Positions 21,050 through 35,097 of a DNA stretch of 64,000 nucleotides are shown in pieces. The DNA is from Prorocentrum cordatum (taxonomy: Eukaryota). Numbering within the stretch: the first letter of the stretch is position 1; every line of letters starts with the position of its first letter. Location of the stretch: assembly GCA_963575745.1 (NCBI GenBank), contig CAUYUJ010000001.1, forward strand, positions 620,001 to 684,000. Direction: 5' to 3'. The notes under the pieces were generated by a model. That model did not search any database, was not told the origin of the DNA, and saw only the letters and a program-made list of their open reading frames with translations. The position numbers and the translations under genes are program-made.

Positions 21050-24000
21050 GGCCCGCACGCGCATGCCGAAGTCATTCAAACACCCTTGCGCGTCTGCTGT
21101 GTGTGTGTGTGTGTGTGGGGGCAACGTCCCTGTCAAATAATGCAATGCGTGCCATTCGCGCGCGTCGGTCGTGCGCGTACGCCAGAATCCTTGCAGCAAT
21201 CCCTGCAACACCTCCATCCCCGATGCGTGGACCTCATCATCTTCATCTGCGTTACCTTCATCAGCGCCGTCGTTTGCGTTGCCGTCGTCGTCGTCATAAT
21301 CTTCATCACCGATGCTGCCATCATCGTGTCAGGAATTTTTGACTTTACCATGATACCGCGCCCTCCCGAGTCACCGAGTCGAACTGAAGTGCCCGCGCGT
21401 CAGCGCGGCCTGCGAGATGAGCTGGGAAGTCCCCAGCGGCCAGCGTCACCGCGGGAGCGTCGGACGCGCCAGGCTAGCTTGCCGCTGCCATTGAGCTTGC
21501 GCGCGCTAGCGCGGCCGCGCCGATGCGCCAACCAGTCATCGCATTCGCTGTCGCATGGGTTTGCAAACTGAATTGCGGGTGGGTGGGTGGGGTAATTGCG
21601 CGAGCAGTGGAGTTGACAATTCCGAGTTCTCCAAAACGAGTTGCACCATTTAGATTGCACCACGTCGCTTGCATCACTTAGGTTGCATCACTTATTTTGC
21701 GCAACATAGGTTGCACCGCACATTGCGCAGCGGAGATTTCGCAACGTTGGTTGCGCAGCACATATTGCACCACATATATTGCACCGCATAGACTGCACGA
21801 TACGGGTTTCATGGCGTGAATTGCACAGCGTAGGTTGCACCACATAGACGGCACACCATGTATGGCATAGTTTATAAGTATACATGTATATTGCAAAAAT
21901 TCTGCCTTCCCCAAAAAAAGCTTTGGATCTACCGCCCCCCCGCCCCCGGGATTCTTACCTCCTCTGGGGTCATGCATTTTGCATGTGGTTTTGCTCCATC
22001 GTTCGATCTTCGCATGCATTCACACCATCCCATCCCTACCCCTTACCCCCCCCCCGTCCCTGTCATATGATACGGTGCGCGCCCGCTCGTTTATCAACAA
22101 TCAGTGATTGTCCGAAGCCCGTGGCATAAAATGCGCAAAAATCCACGCGCGGGCGTTGTCGTCCGCGAAAGACAGAATTTTTGATTCACGTCAGGTTTCG
22201 TTTGCATTTCAAGATGGAGAGTCCGGTACATATACGCAGCGGTGGTTTTGCAACCTGATTTCATGACAACCCTCCACTTTTAAACATGATTACACCAGTA
22301 CTCACAAGCGGGCCTCTCGCGCCCGCGTGCGGGAATCATTGTAATGTCCTTGCGCGCCTGCTGGGGGGCGCGGTTCATGTCAACCGAGGCCTTGCGGGCC
22401 AGCCGCGCGCGTCGGCCACGCGAGCATGTCGAAATCTTCTCGTAGCCTTCATCGCCGACACGTGGACACCATCATCTTCATGTGAGTGATCAGTTTCGGC
22501 GCCGTCATTGGCTATGTCGCCGTCATCGACACCATTGTGGCCAGCATCGCTATTATTATCATCGTGTCTGCCGCTGCTGACATCGCCATGATACCGCGCC
22601 CGCCCGAGTCTCCGAGTCGCGCTGAATTGCCCGCGCGTCAGCGCGGCTTGCGAGACGCACTGGGAAGTCCCCAGGGGTCACTGCCACCGCGGGTGCGTCG
22701 GTCGCGCCAGACTAGCTGGCCGCTCCGCGCTCGAGCTTGCGCGCGCTCGCGCGGCCGCGTCGATGTGCCGGCCAGCGCCAAGCAGTCATCGCAGTCGCTG
22801 CCGCTTGAGTTTTGCAAAACAAGTTGCGGGTGGTTGGGTGAGATGATTGCGCGAGCAGTGAAGTTGACAACTTACTGCGTCTATTCTCTTTTTTAGAAGC
22901 GACGTATATTCTCTTTTTTAGAAGCAACGTAATTGCACTATTATCGCCCCCCTTTCATCTCTGTCATCTGATGCTATGCTTGCGTGCTTCTGATCAGATA
23001 TCATACGTGTCCAAGAAGCCTTTGCAACGCAAGTCGACGCGCGCGCGTCGGCTCGCGTGCGCGTCGGCATTTCTCTAACAATTCAAGTTCCCAACGGTCT
23101 ACACTGTTGAGGTTTCCGAAACAGATTCAACAACAAACGGTTGCTTTTGGCAGTCTGGTTGTCAGCACAGTTGCAAACCATTGGGCGCCAGAGTTCCAGA
23201 TGTTTCAAGATTTCCTTATATTTGGCGGCCCGATTTACGAAATGCGTTCGCTGTTGCGAGTGCGTGCGACCAAGCCATTGGCATTTCAAATTTTCGATCA
23301 AATCGATCAAGCGGGTTTCTCGCGCGCGCATGCCGAAGTCACTATGGCGCCCTGGCGCGCTCGACGGGGGGGCGCTGTCCCTGTCGAATAATTCCATGCG
23401 GGCCACTCGCGCGCGTCGGCCTCGCGCGCACGTCGAAGTCATCTCAGAACCTTCATCGCCGACGCGTGGGCGCCGTCATCGTCGCCAGCGCGACCAGCAT
23501 CGGCGCCGTCATTGGCTTTGCCGTCGTCATCGTCATCATCCTCGCCCTCATCGCTATTCTAATCATCTTTTCCGCTTCGGCGTCGCCGCGATGAAGCGCC
23601 CGCGCGTCAGCGCGGCCTGCGACGCGCGCTGGGCGGCCCCCAGCGGTCAGTGCCACTGCGCCCGCGTCGGTCGCGCCAGCCTAGCGGGCCGCTCTGCGCT
23701 TGAGCTTGCGAGCTTGCGCGCGTTGGCGAGGCCGCGAGGGTGCGCCAGCCACTGCAAACAGTCGTCGCAATCGCCGCCGCGTGGGATTCGCAAACTCAGC
23801 TGCGGGCGGGCGGGCGGGATGGTTGCGCGGGCAGAGAGAGGAGCTTGCAAGTTCAATTTCGGCGAGGTGAGCTGCGCCACATCAATTTTTTCTTTTGAGG
23901 GAAATTAAATTCTACCCAACCCCTCCCAGGATTGCCGCCCCCTTTGGGGTAATGCAAGTTACAATTGATTCTGCCTCCTTGTTAACTTTCCATCTGAATT

Positions 24001-24900
24001 CACGCCGCCCCAGCTAGTCCCGGCATCGTCCCCCTCAGCCCTGTCGAATAATGCCACGTGGCGCGCTTGCGTTGTTGATCTAAGATGAGGTGAATACGCG
24101 AATGCCTATGAAAACATACCATGCGGGCCACGTGCGCGCGCGCAAGACGAAATCCGCCCAACGCTTTTATGCCGGTTGCGATTTCAGCACAAAGACAGCA
24201 GACACCCAATGGTTTTGCAACAGCAAGTTTTCAATTTTCCATCCCGCGCGCTCCTGCGGATTCATAGGGCACCCAATGCATTTTCAACTTTCCTGTCCAA
24301 GGAGGCCTTCGCGCGCGCATGTCGAACTTATTCCAATGCCCTCGCGCGCTTACCAGAGGCGCGATACCTGTTGCATAATGCCATGCGGGGAACCGTCATC
24401 CGCGCGATTGCTGTCGGAAGCGCCGCGATCATGCTCATCGTCGTTTGTCGACGCCGTCGTCCGCGCTGTCCCGCCAGACGGACTATGCCCGCGCGACGTG
24501 CGCCCGCGCGCCAATGAGCGCGATGAAATTATCGGAGGCGCTCCAAGTTGTTACTGTACTTGCGACCTTATGAGTTCTGCCGGCCACCTCATCGTTGTTT
24601 GTCGACGCTGTCGTCCGCGCTGTCTCCCGCAAAATGGGCTTTGCCCGCGCCGCGAGGGTCCGCGCGCCAGTGAGCTCGGTGAAATTTGGGACGAGCTCCA
24701 CGCTGCAACTGCTGTCGCGACCTCATGAGTTTGCCGACCAAGTGCGCGGGCGGGGGCATGCGCGGGCTAGCGCGGTCGCAGAGATGCACCAGCCAGCGCC
24801 AAGCGCTCATCGCAATCGCTTCCGCATGGGTTTTGCAAACCAAACTGCGGGTGGGCGGGTGCCATGTTTGCGCGGGGAGTGGAGTGGACAACTTCAAGTT
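21050..24900. repeat. Four diverged copies of a ~550-600-bp repeat (about 21050-21620, 22300-22870, 23320-23860, 24310-24900)
   Basis: Shared blocks cgcgcgtcagcgcggc, gagcttgcgcgcg, tgcaaa...tgcgggtgg...gcgcgagcagtg. Confidence 0.7.
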
Positions 24901-25619
24901 GAGCATTAATTAGTATTCTGTTCTAAACAGGAATAGGTTCCACCACCCTCCCCTCCTGGACATATCGATTCCCCTGGACCCTAGGAAAACAAAAAAACGC
25001 ATGAGTCTGATCCAATGCCCATCCTACCTGTGAATTCATATTATCCCAGCCAGGCTGGTATCGGTACCCCTTCCTTCCTTTTGCAAGAAACACTATGCGC
25101 GCGCACTCGTTTATCAAAACTCAGAAGTTGTCAAACATTCTTTCTGTAACAGATAAGACGAAGTGCACGCGCGCGCGCGTCGTCGCGCGCGCATGCAGAT
25201 ATTTTTCCCAACCATCCTGTGGCGTTGGGTCCTCGTTTTGAAGAGACAGCGCCCCGCGTCCCACCTTCCTCCTCCTTCCTCCTCCTTCCTCCTTCCTCCT
25301 TCCTCCTCCTCCTCCTCGTCCTCCTCCTCCTCCTCCTCCTCCTCCTCCTCCTCCTCCTCCTGCTCCTCCCCCTCCTCCTCCCACTCCTCCCTCCTCCCCC
25401 TCTTTCTTGCGTTTCACCCACCCAGGGCAGCGTCTCGTAGCCCCATAGGGAGCTCCACCGAAGGCCCCAGTGGGCGTGCCCGCCTGCGGTTCCCCCACCC
25501 AGGGCAGCGTTTCGTGGCCTCATAGGGAGCTCCAGTTCTTTGGAGGAGAAGTAAGAACCCTTTAGGGGCAAACGTGGTTCTGGTAAGATGGCCATTTTCT
25601 GGATCACATGCTCGGCTGC

Positions 25620-25791
25620 AGATGGGGTCGGAGGATCGCGCCGCATCGTCGTTGCATCGGCGATGCTGCTCGGTGTGTGGCCCGATGTTCTCCACGCCGG
25701 CGTCGCCGATGCATCGGCGACGGCGCCGATGCTTCGGCGATGCGGCGCGATCCTCCGACCCCATCCTCTCGGACCCCCCTGCGGGAGGCCT
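25620..25791. mobile_element. Truncated copy of the 19783-20021 MITE
   Basis: agatggggtcggaggatcgcgccgcatcg ... cgatgcggcgcgatcctccgaccccatc...ggaggcct|ct. Confidence 0.7.
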
Positions 25792-26339
25792 CTGCTAAGC
25801 TGGTGGAGGGAAGCGCGGCCAGCACCATGGGGCTCTCGTTCGCCCAGCCCGCCTTCGAGGTTCCGCTGCGCCCCCACGGAGACGGCGCTGGCCATCGTGT
25901 GTTCACGGGTGCTGCAGCGGTCTCGACCGCACGGGCTTTGACTGTGCTGGTCAGCTTCCCGCGTGCACGCCCCAGTCCGCGTCCGCAGTTCCATGCTTTC
26001 ACAGAGGGAACAGAGGGAGAGAGGGGGAGAGGGAGAGGGAGAGAGAGTGAGAGAGAGAGGGAGAGGGGCCGTACTCCGCCGCTCCGCCGTTCCGCCGCGG
26101 CCTCTCCAGCTTGCCCACCATCGTGCACGCTTTCAAAGAAGTGCTGGTCTCCACGTCTCTTTCTCGTTCTCGTTGTCGTCGTCGTCGTCGTCGTCGTCGT
26201 CTTCCCCCCTCGTATTCCTATCGCAGTATTATTATGTTTTCTCCTCTCCCCGTTCCTGTGGGCGCCTTCCTGGAGCAGTGCTCTGCTCTCGTAGGCATCA
26301 GTTGTTTGACAAAATCTGGCGAAAGAGATAACACTCATC

Positions 26340-26920
26340 ATTATTCTCTGGGTCTCCTCCTCCCTTTCCTCCATCCTTCTTCTCCTCCTCGTCGGTATTC
26401 TCCTCTGTTCTCCTCTAGTTCCTCTGTCCTTCTCATCATCGTCGGTATGATTCCCCTTTATCCCCCTCCCGTTCCTTCATCCTTCTCCTCCTCTTCGGTA
26501 GTCTCCTCCCGTATCTCCCTCCCGCTCCTCCATCCAACTCCTCCTCGTCAGGATTCCCCAATCTCTATCCCCCTCCCGTTTATCTATCTTTCTCCTTCTC
26601 GTCGGTAGTATCCTCTCCTGTCCCCTCCCGTTCCTCCATCTTTCGTCTTCTCGGCGGTAGTCTCCTCCTCTATCTCCCTCCCGTTCTTTCATCCTTCTCC
26701 TCCTCGTCGGGATTCTCCTCCTATATCCCCTTCCCGTTCCTCGTCACTCATGCTCCTCGTCGGTAGTCTCCTCTATCCCCCTCCAGTTCCTCCATCCTTC
26801 TCCTCCTCTTCGGTAGTCTCCTCCTGCATTCCCCTCCCGCTCCTCCTTACTTATTCTCCTGCTCCTCCTCCTCCTCATCATCATCATCATCATCATCATT
26901 ATCCTTCTCCTCCTTCTTCC
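26340..26920. repeat. Degenerate pyrimidine-rich minisatellite
   Basis: Recurrent tcggtagtctcctc / tccccctcccgttcctc. Confidence 0.7.
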
Positions 26921-26999
26921 CCCAACGCGCGGTATCATTCGTACGCGGGAGCGCGCGCAGTCAGAGGTTTGGGGGAGGAAGTAAAAGGTGGAGGAGGTG

Positions 27000-28150
27000 T
27001 TATGGTGATGTTGCGGAAGCTGCTGACGATGCCGATGATGATAGTACGGCTATTGGTGATGATGGTGGTGGTGATGATGGTGGCGACGATGATGATGCCG
27101 TTGTTGATGCCGGTGGTGATTATGAGGATGATTGTGATGATGATGACGACGATGATGACGATGATGATTACGACGACGACGAGGATAATGCTGATGATGC
27201 TGATGATGATGGTGATGATGCTGCTAACGATGACGACGATGCTGATGCGGATGCTGATGACGATAACGATGACTATGATGACGGTGATGATACTGAAGGT
27301 GATGATGACGAATCCAATGATTATCCTGATGATGCTGATGATGATGCAGCTGCTGTTGACTATGATGGTAGTGATGATGCTGATCATGATGATGATGATG
27401 ATGATGATGATGGTGGTGATGGTAACGGTGATGGTAATGCTGATGATGAGGCTAATGATGACGACGATTTCGTTGCTGCTGATGATGCCCATGACGATGC
27501 TGTTCATGATGCTGACTTTGATGATGTCGATTATGTTGTTGATATGAATGATGTCGTTGATGGTGGTGATCATAATGGTGATCACGATGCTAATGACGGC
27601 TGTGACCACGATGGTGACGATGACGATGATGGTGATGCTGATAATGATGCTGATGATGATGATGATGCTGCTGTGATGATGCTGATGATGGTGCTGATGA
27701 TGATATCGTTGTTGATGCTGATGCTGATGTTAATGTTGATGATGATGCTGATGATGTTGATGATGATGATGAGTCTGACGATGATGGTGTACGTGCTGAT
27801 GTTAATGGTGTTGCAGTGGCAACCCATGCCAATATACACCCTGCTTGCCTCCAGGGTGTCTTAGGTTATAGTTTTGCCACGGGAGGCGTGCCGCTTCCGC
27901 ACTCAAAACCCAATGGACGTCCTGGGGTCTCAGGGATTGGTTTCGTGTGGAAGGTTTCTAGTGGTCCAGCTCCCACTGTAGTGATGCTGCTGATGAGTCT
28001 GATGCTGATGCTGATGCTGATGCTGATGCTGATGCTGATGCTGATGCTGATGCTGATGCTGATGATGATGCTGATGCTGATGATTATGATGATGATCATG
28101 ATGCTGATGATGATGGGGCTGATGATTATGCTGATGAAGCTGATGATTAA
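27000..28150. repeat. Degenerate (GAT)n/(GATGCT)n microsatellite
   Basis: Direct inspection. Confidence 0.95.
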
Positions 28151-28369
28151 CCCCATGCCGCAGAGAATAAACACACAGGGATAATGAAGTTCGGGAACAC
28201 GGGGGGATAATAAGAGTTGCCCACCAGAGGCCAGCATAAAGAGATTATCAAGAGGAGCGAAAGCCGAGGATATCTTGAGACATACTTGGCTTTTGTTCCT
28301 CTCTGAAACATCCTCAACAATCGTTTGTCTCGCTTGAGACATCCTCGACAAATCTCTCGTTTCGTGCTC

Positions 28370-29420
28370 GTGTAGGCAACCACAGCGACAAACAAGTTCA
28401 GGGGGGCACGGAGAGAAGGAGAACGGCTCAGAGAGAGAGAGATAAAGAAAGAGAAATAGAAAGAGAGAGAGAGAGACACACACAAAGAGAGACAGAGACA
28501 AAGAGAAAGAGAGAGAAAGAGAGAGAGAGAGGAGAGGAAGATGAGAAGGAGGAAAGAAACATCCAAAGTTCAAAACTTATTAGATTCCATGTGTAAGCGC
28601 TTAATGAAAATTGAAATTTTCATCTGCTCGTGTAGTCCCAGGATAACCAACCACAGCGATGAACAAGTTCAGGGGGGCACGGAGAGAAGGAGAAAGGCTG
28701 AGAGAGAGAAAGACAGAGAAAGAGAAAGAGAGAGAGAGACACACAACGAGAGACAGCGACAAAGAGAGAGAGAGAGAGAGGAGAGGAAGATGAAAAGGAT
28801 GAACGACAAATCCAAAGTGCAAAACCTATCAGATTTTATTTGTAAACGCTTAATGGAAATTGAAATTTTCATCTGCTCGTGTAGGGTAGCAGGATAATCA
28901 ACCACAGCGATAAACAAGTTCAGGGGGGCACGGGGAGAAAGAGAAAGGCTGAGATATATTAAGAAAGAGAAATAGAAAGAGAGAGACACACAGAGAGAGA
29001 GAGAGAGAGACAAAGAGAGACAGCGACAGAGAGAGAGAGAGAGAGAAAGGAGAGGAGGATGAAAAGGATGAACGACAAATCCAAAGTTCAAAACCTATTA
29101 GATTTCTATGTGTAAGCGCTTAATGAAAATTAAACTTTTCATCTGCTTGTGTAGGGTAGCTCATGTGCCTCGTTTTCCCAGGATGATCAACCACAGCGGT
29201 AAACAAGTTCAGGGCGCCAGGGGGAGGAGTAGAACGAGACAGAGAGAACGCAGAGGAGGAAGAGGAGGAGGAGGAGGAGGAGGGAGAGCAGGAAGAGGAG
29301 AGAAGGGAGAGGAGCAGGAGGAAGAGGAGGAGGAGGGGAAGGAGCAGGAGCAGAGGGAGGAGGCGGGGGAGGAGAAAGGAGGAGCAGGAGGAGGGGGAGC
29401 AGGACAGGATTCCTTAAGCA
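28370..29420. repeat. ~250-290-bp tandem repeat containing (GA)n, about 4 units
   Basis: Recurrent caaccacagcgat...aacaagttcaggggggcacgg and atccaaagttcaaaacctatta. Confidence 0.85.
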
Positions 29421-29599
29421 CTGCTTGTTTCGCTTGAGACGTCCTTGCAGAATTGGTTGTTTCGCTTCAGACATCCTTCAGACGTTCGGCGAACTTTTCA
29501 CAGTGATAATGAAGTTCGGCCTCCGCGCTCTCCGCCTACATTTGAAACCCTTCTAGGCCGACGGTAATCAACTCAAATGACTTAGGGGGGGGGGGGTTA

Positions 29600-29950
29600 T
29601 GTTGGTGATGCTGATGATGATGATGCTGATGATGATGATGATGGTGACGCTGATGATGATGAGGAGGAGGAGGAGGGGGGGGGGAGGATGATAGACGAGG
29701 AGGGGGAGGAAGAGGAGGATGAGAAGGGAAGAGGTGGAGGAGATGGACGAGACGGAGGATGATGAGGAGGATGAGGATAGAGAAGGAGGAGGAGGACGAG
29801 GAGGAGGAGGATGAGGAGGCGTGATGAGGAGGATCGGCCAGGAGGAGGCGTCATGATGATAATGCTGCTGCTGATGATGCTGATGATGTTGCTGATGATG
29901 ATGATGCTGCTGATGATGATGATGATAATGACGATGATGATGATGATGAC

Positions 29951-29993
<43 letters not shown>

Positions 29994-30466
29994 CTGATGA
30001 TGATGATTGTGATAATGGCAACGATGACGTTGATGACGCCAAGCATGATGATGATAGTGATGCTGATTATGATGATGATCATGGTCATTATGATAACGAT
30101 GATGATGCTGACGATGATGATGATGATGCTGATGATGATGCCGATGATGGTGATGATGATTGCGATGCTGATAATGATGATGATGCTGATGATGATGATG
30201 CCGATGTGGATGGTGATGCTGATGCTTTTGATGATGATGGTCATAATGCTAATGATGATGATGATGAGGGGGATGATGATGATGATGAGAATGATGATAA
30301 TGATGGTGAGGATGATGATGATGCTGATGATGATTGCTGATGAGCAGGATGATGAGGATGAGGCGTGGTGAGGAGGATTGACCAGGAGAAGGTGCCATGA
30401 TGAGAATGCTCCTGCTGCTGATGATGACGCTGATGATGATGATGATGATCATGATGATGATGCTGG

Positions 30467-30504
<38 letters not shown>

Positions 30505-30866
30505 CTGATGATGATGATTATGCTGGTGATGATGATGCTGCTGATGATGATGATTATGGTAATGGCGATGGTGATGCTGATGGTGATAATGATGAAGATG
30601 ATGCTGATGGTGATGATGATGATTGTGATTCTGCTGATGATGGCGATGATGATTACGATGATGATGAGGATGATGCTAATGATGGTGATTATTGTGATGA
30701 TTGTGATGATTATGATGATGATTCTGATGTTGATGATTCTGATGATGGTGATGTTGATGATGGTAATGATGATGATGATGAGGAGGAGGAGGAGGAGGAG
30801 GAGGATGCTGATGCGGATGCTGATGCTGATGCTGATGCTGATGCTGATGCTGCTGCTGATGATGAC
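29600..30866. repeat. (GAT)n/(GAG)n microsatellite block
   Basis: Direct inspection. Confidence 0.95.
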
Positions 30867-31281
30867 ATCCCCAGGCCGAAGGTTTTTCCCTCTTGGAATA
30901 CAAATATGAGAACACCGATGGATCCAACTTGATCCCGTTTCGGGTGTGCGACAGTGTCGTGGATCCTATTTCTGTCTTGCGCGGATCCAGTATCCCGTGT
31001 GTGTGGAAAACCAATGGATTCATTCATTTTCCAGGAATAATAACAGAACAACAGCTCACATCCCGGACCCAGGGGAAATGGGATCCGCGGGGCACCGCAC
31101 GTGAAGCATCATGATATCCACGGAACTGTGGATCTGATGGCCAAAGCTATGATTCTACGGGGGAAGGGGTGGTCTTCCTAGGAGGCACGAAACTGAAGAG
31201 AGCGATACATGTATCCGCTCACCTGAACGGCGCGTCGCTTCCGAGATTTGGGGCTCAAGGGGAAAATTTTCGACCTGCGTA

Positions 31282-31282
<1 letters not shown>

Positions 31283-31342
<60 letters not shown>

Positions 31343-31351
31343 CGATGATGG

Positions 31352-31410
<59 letters not shown>

Positions 31411-31670
31411 GTGATGGTGATGGTGATGGTGATGGTGATGATGATGATGCTGATGCTGATGCTGATGATGATGATGATGATGAGGAGGAGGAGGAGGAGG
31501 ACGAGGAGGAGGAGGACGAGGAGGAGGATGAGGATGGTGAGGATGAGGATGGTGAGGAAGAGGATGGTGATGATGATGAGGAGGAGAAGGGGAGGAGGAG
31601 AAGGAGTAGGAGGAGGAGGAGGAGGAGGAGGAGGAGGAGGAGGAGGAGGAGGAGGAGGGGGAGGAGGAGG
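31283..31670. repeat. (GAT)n-(GAG)n microsatellite
   Basis: Direct inspection. Confidence 0.95.
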
Positions 31671-32106
31671 GCTTCGGGGGGGTCTCGGTCCGCGTCGAGG
31701 GCGCCTCGCTGCGAGACCGGGCGCCGCGCGCACGGGCTGAGGCCTCGCGCGGGGCCGACGCAGCCGCGCTGGCAGGGGTGTCGCTCCGCGGTTGGTGTTG
31801 CGCCACGAGGCGCGGACGGGCACGGGCTGCCGCGAGGCAAGCACGACGAGCTCCAGGACCAGCCCTCAGGGGATCCCTGCTCAACTCTCTCCCCCAGAGG
31901 GGCTTCCCTGCCGGGTATAGCCAGGACCCCAGGGGGGACCCGGTCAGTAGTAGGGCCCTGGAGCTCCTGAACTGGCCAGGACCACCAGAAACCAGGCCTG
32001 CCAGAGCAGGTGTTTTTTCTTGGGCGACGGCAGTTCCGGTCCGTGGAGCGGGGCGGGGGGCGGGGGGGCGTCCCCCAGCACACATCGCTGAACCAGGTCC
32101 CACTAG

Positions 32107-32304
32107 TAGGGGAACAAAAAATGACATAAACATAAAAACTTTGAGGTCTGCGCGTATTTCTCGCATCGGCGCTGCACCCCCCTCCCTGGCGCGCGGAGCG
32201 CGCCAGGGGCGGCGCCGGAGGCGCCGCTGGGGGCCCCAGCGCCGATCCGAGAAATCCGCGCGGACCTCCGAGTTTTTATGTTTATGCTATGTTTTGCTCC
32301 CCTA
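32107..32304. mobile_element. MITE with ~68-bp imperfect TIRs and TA ends (Tc1/mariner-like TSD); degenerate inverted copy at about 37020-37204
   Basis: TA-GGGGAACAAAA...cataaacataaaaact...atttctcgcatcggcgctg and cagcgccgatccgagaaat...agtttttatgtttatg...TTTTGCTCCCC-TA. Confidence 0.8.
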
Positions 32305-33805
32305 ACTAAACCCAGTCCTGCCAACGCCCGAGCCTGAGGCCTACGAGAGGCCGGCAGCGCCTGGGGCGCCGACCTCCTCGGGCCGCCTCCGCGCCCCGCT
32401 TCGCGAGCCGCGTCAGCGGGCCAGCGGGGCGGCCTCCCGCGCCCCCGGCTGCGAAGCGGGCGTGGCGCCTGGCGCGGGCCCGAGGACGAAGGCAAGGATT
32501 CTGCTGCCCGTGGCCGCCGCAGGGCCAAGCAAGAGGCTTTACCTGCTCTGCCCATCGGATGTTGGAAGCGGGTATTTTCGGATGCCGAGAGTCCAGCCTA
32601 CTTTCGGCGGGGACCCCTCAGCAACCCAGGATTCTTCAGGAAATCCAGAGGATTCCAAAGGCCATCGGCAGGGGATCTTGAACGTTCGGGAGGAATGCCG
32701 TAGGGATTTTACAGGAATTGTCCAGGGTTGCTGCAGAACTCGCAATAGCCTCCGTAGAATTGCTGAGGGAATGTCGCTGGTGAGAAGCATTTCCGTATCC
32801 GCGGCCTCGCGGGCTGGGTTCCTGAGCCGCGGCCTCCGCGGACACGGGACGCTTTTCTGCGGATGCCCCGCGCAGAACCGCGGAACGTATCCGTGCGACC
32901 GCGTATCCGCGGGATCACGTCCCAGAATCCCGACCGCGATGGCGTGGATATGGATACGTTCGCTCGCTCGTCCGCTCGTTCGCTCATCTCGAGAGGGGCC
33001 GCGGGCATCAGGCTTGCCTCGCGCAGTCGTGGGGAGGGACAGTGTGTGGTGGCAGTGTGCGTGTCCTAACACTGTGCCGGCTGAGGCGTGATAACGCATG
33101 GTGGGGGCTGTCTTTCTTTGGGGAACACTTGTTGGGTAGAACATCCACCTCCATAATATTAACCACGACGAGCGAAACCATTTCGTCAACGCACGAGGAG
33201 GAGCAGCAGGAGGAGGAGGAGGAGGAGAAGGATGAGGAGGCGGAGGAGGAGGGGGAGGAGGGGGAGGAGGAGGGGAGGGAGGGAGGCAAGGACGGAGGGA
33301 GGAGGCGGAGGAAGGAAGTGGAGAGAAGAATGGAACTGAGGCCCTCCTCCAGGGGGTCTTGGAGAAACCCGAGGACGCTCCCGAATGATGGAACAAGTCT
33401 GAAGGCTTGGTTTTGTCCTGCTGACCTCCCATTCCTGTACCATACCATACCTCCTCCCTCTTTTTGGCGCCAGGTGTGGTTTTCGCAGGCGCCTCAGGCT
33501 GGCTTGACCCAGCGTCCATGTCAGCGTCCGCCGCTGCCGCCTGCTCCCTCCACCTCCCTCTTCCTCTTCTTCTTCTTCTTCTTCTTCTTAGTCATATTAT
33601 TAGTATTATTGTTATTTCTCTTCTTCTTCTTCGTCTTCTTCTTTCTCTTCCTCCTGCTGCTCCTCCTCCTCCTCCTCCTCCTCATCTTACTCCTCCTCCC
33701 CCTCCTCCTCCTCTTCCTCCTTCTCCTCCTCCTCCTCCTCTTCCCGCTCCTCCTTCCTCCTCCTCCTCCTCTTCCTCCTCTTCCTCGTCAGAAAAAAAGG
33801 AGTCA

Positions 33806-34696
33806 TGGAGAAGGACCAGCCATATACAAGCGTGATTGCCCCAATGCAGGTGGGACGAAGGAGGGGGATCTTCCCGTGGGGCCACGGAACGCGCGAGGGT
33901 GTGCCGAAGTGAGCGGGTGGGGGCGCATGTGTACGTACCCACAGGGGGCCTTATATGGAGATCCCTATAGGGGCCACGAAGCGCGTGATGGGTGTGCCAG
34001 AATTGGCGGGGTGCCGCATCTGGAGACACCCGCTAGGGCCTCAGGTTGAGCTTCCCATGGGGCTACGGAGCGTGTCGGGGGCGTGCCGACATGCGCGGAG
34101 GGCTGCATGCGGACGCGCCCACTGTGGTATTCGGTGGAGCTACCCATGCGGCCACGAAACGTGTGAGGCTTCAGCCGACATGGGCTGGGGGACGCTATGC
34201 ACCCTTCCCTCCCCTGGAGGCTTTGGTGGAGTTCCCTCTGGGGACACGAAGCCAGAAAGAGGTGTGCCGAAATGGGCTGGCCTCTGGGGGCTTCGGTGGA
34301 TCTACTCATGTGAGGTGTTTGCCGAAATGGGCTGAGGGACGCTATGTGCCCCCCCCCTTCCCGGGGGGCTTCGGGGGGATTCGGTGGAGCTTCCTTTGGG
34401 GCCAACAAACGTGTGAGGCGAGTGCCGAAATGGGCGGAGGGCCGCCATACGGGGCCACGAAGCGTGTGAGGGGTGTGCCGAAATAGATGGGCTGGGGGAC
34501 GCCATGTGCCCCCTCCCCTGGGGCCACGCAGCGTGTGAGGGGAGCGCCGAAGTGGACACACGGAGAGCAGAGGCAGGGTTGGGAGGAGGGAGGAGGGAGG
34601 AGGGCGAGGAGGAGGGCGAGTAGGAGAGGAGAGGAGAGGAGACGCGAGGCGCTGCTGATTCAAAACGACGACCCTAAGTCACGGGATGGGTGGGAA
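33806..34696 (-). mobile_element. Degenerate copy of the tandem-repeat-carrying element family (Helentron/HINE-like)
   Basis: Both terminal modules recognisable in degenerate form around ggggccacgaagcgtgtgagg repeats. Confidence 0.5.
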
Positions 34697-34840
34697 CAGG
34701 GCCATGAGGCCTCCTCCTCCTCCTCCTCCCCCGCCTCCTCCTCCTCCTCCTCCTCCTCCCGGATCGTCACGCCCTCCCCTCGTCGGCCCTCCTCCTGCTG
34801 GCCCGTGCTGCCGCTCCTTAACGGGCGAAGAACGGTATAA

Positions 34841-34973
34841 AATAAACTTTTTCGCCGTCGGGGACACCTGCCCCTGGGCGGCTGGAAAGTTTATACCCTT
34901 GCGGTGACACCGTAGGGGTATAAACTTTCCAGCCGCCCAGTGGCAGGTGTCCCCGACGGCGAAAAAGTTTATT
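34841..34973. repeat. 133-bp near-perfect palindrome
   Basis: 66-bp arms centred on A34907, 3 mismatches. Confidence 0.95.
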
Positions 34974-35097
34974 ACCTAACAGCGAAGACTGATAGGTCTC
35001 TAATGGGCTAAAAAGAGAGCAGCAGATGACTCCACAGGGGGGTCTGGGCGGGTGCCGGACAGGGTGCCGCAGAAGTCGTTTTAAGCCAACAGTCACA

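Noticed and set aside
26750..32166. Long poly-Met/Asp/His/Ile ORFs in the ORF track
   Set aside because: These are translations of (GAT)n/(GAG)n microsatellites.
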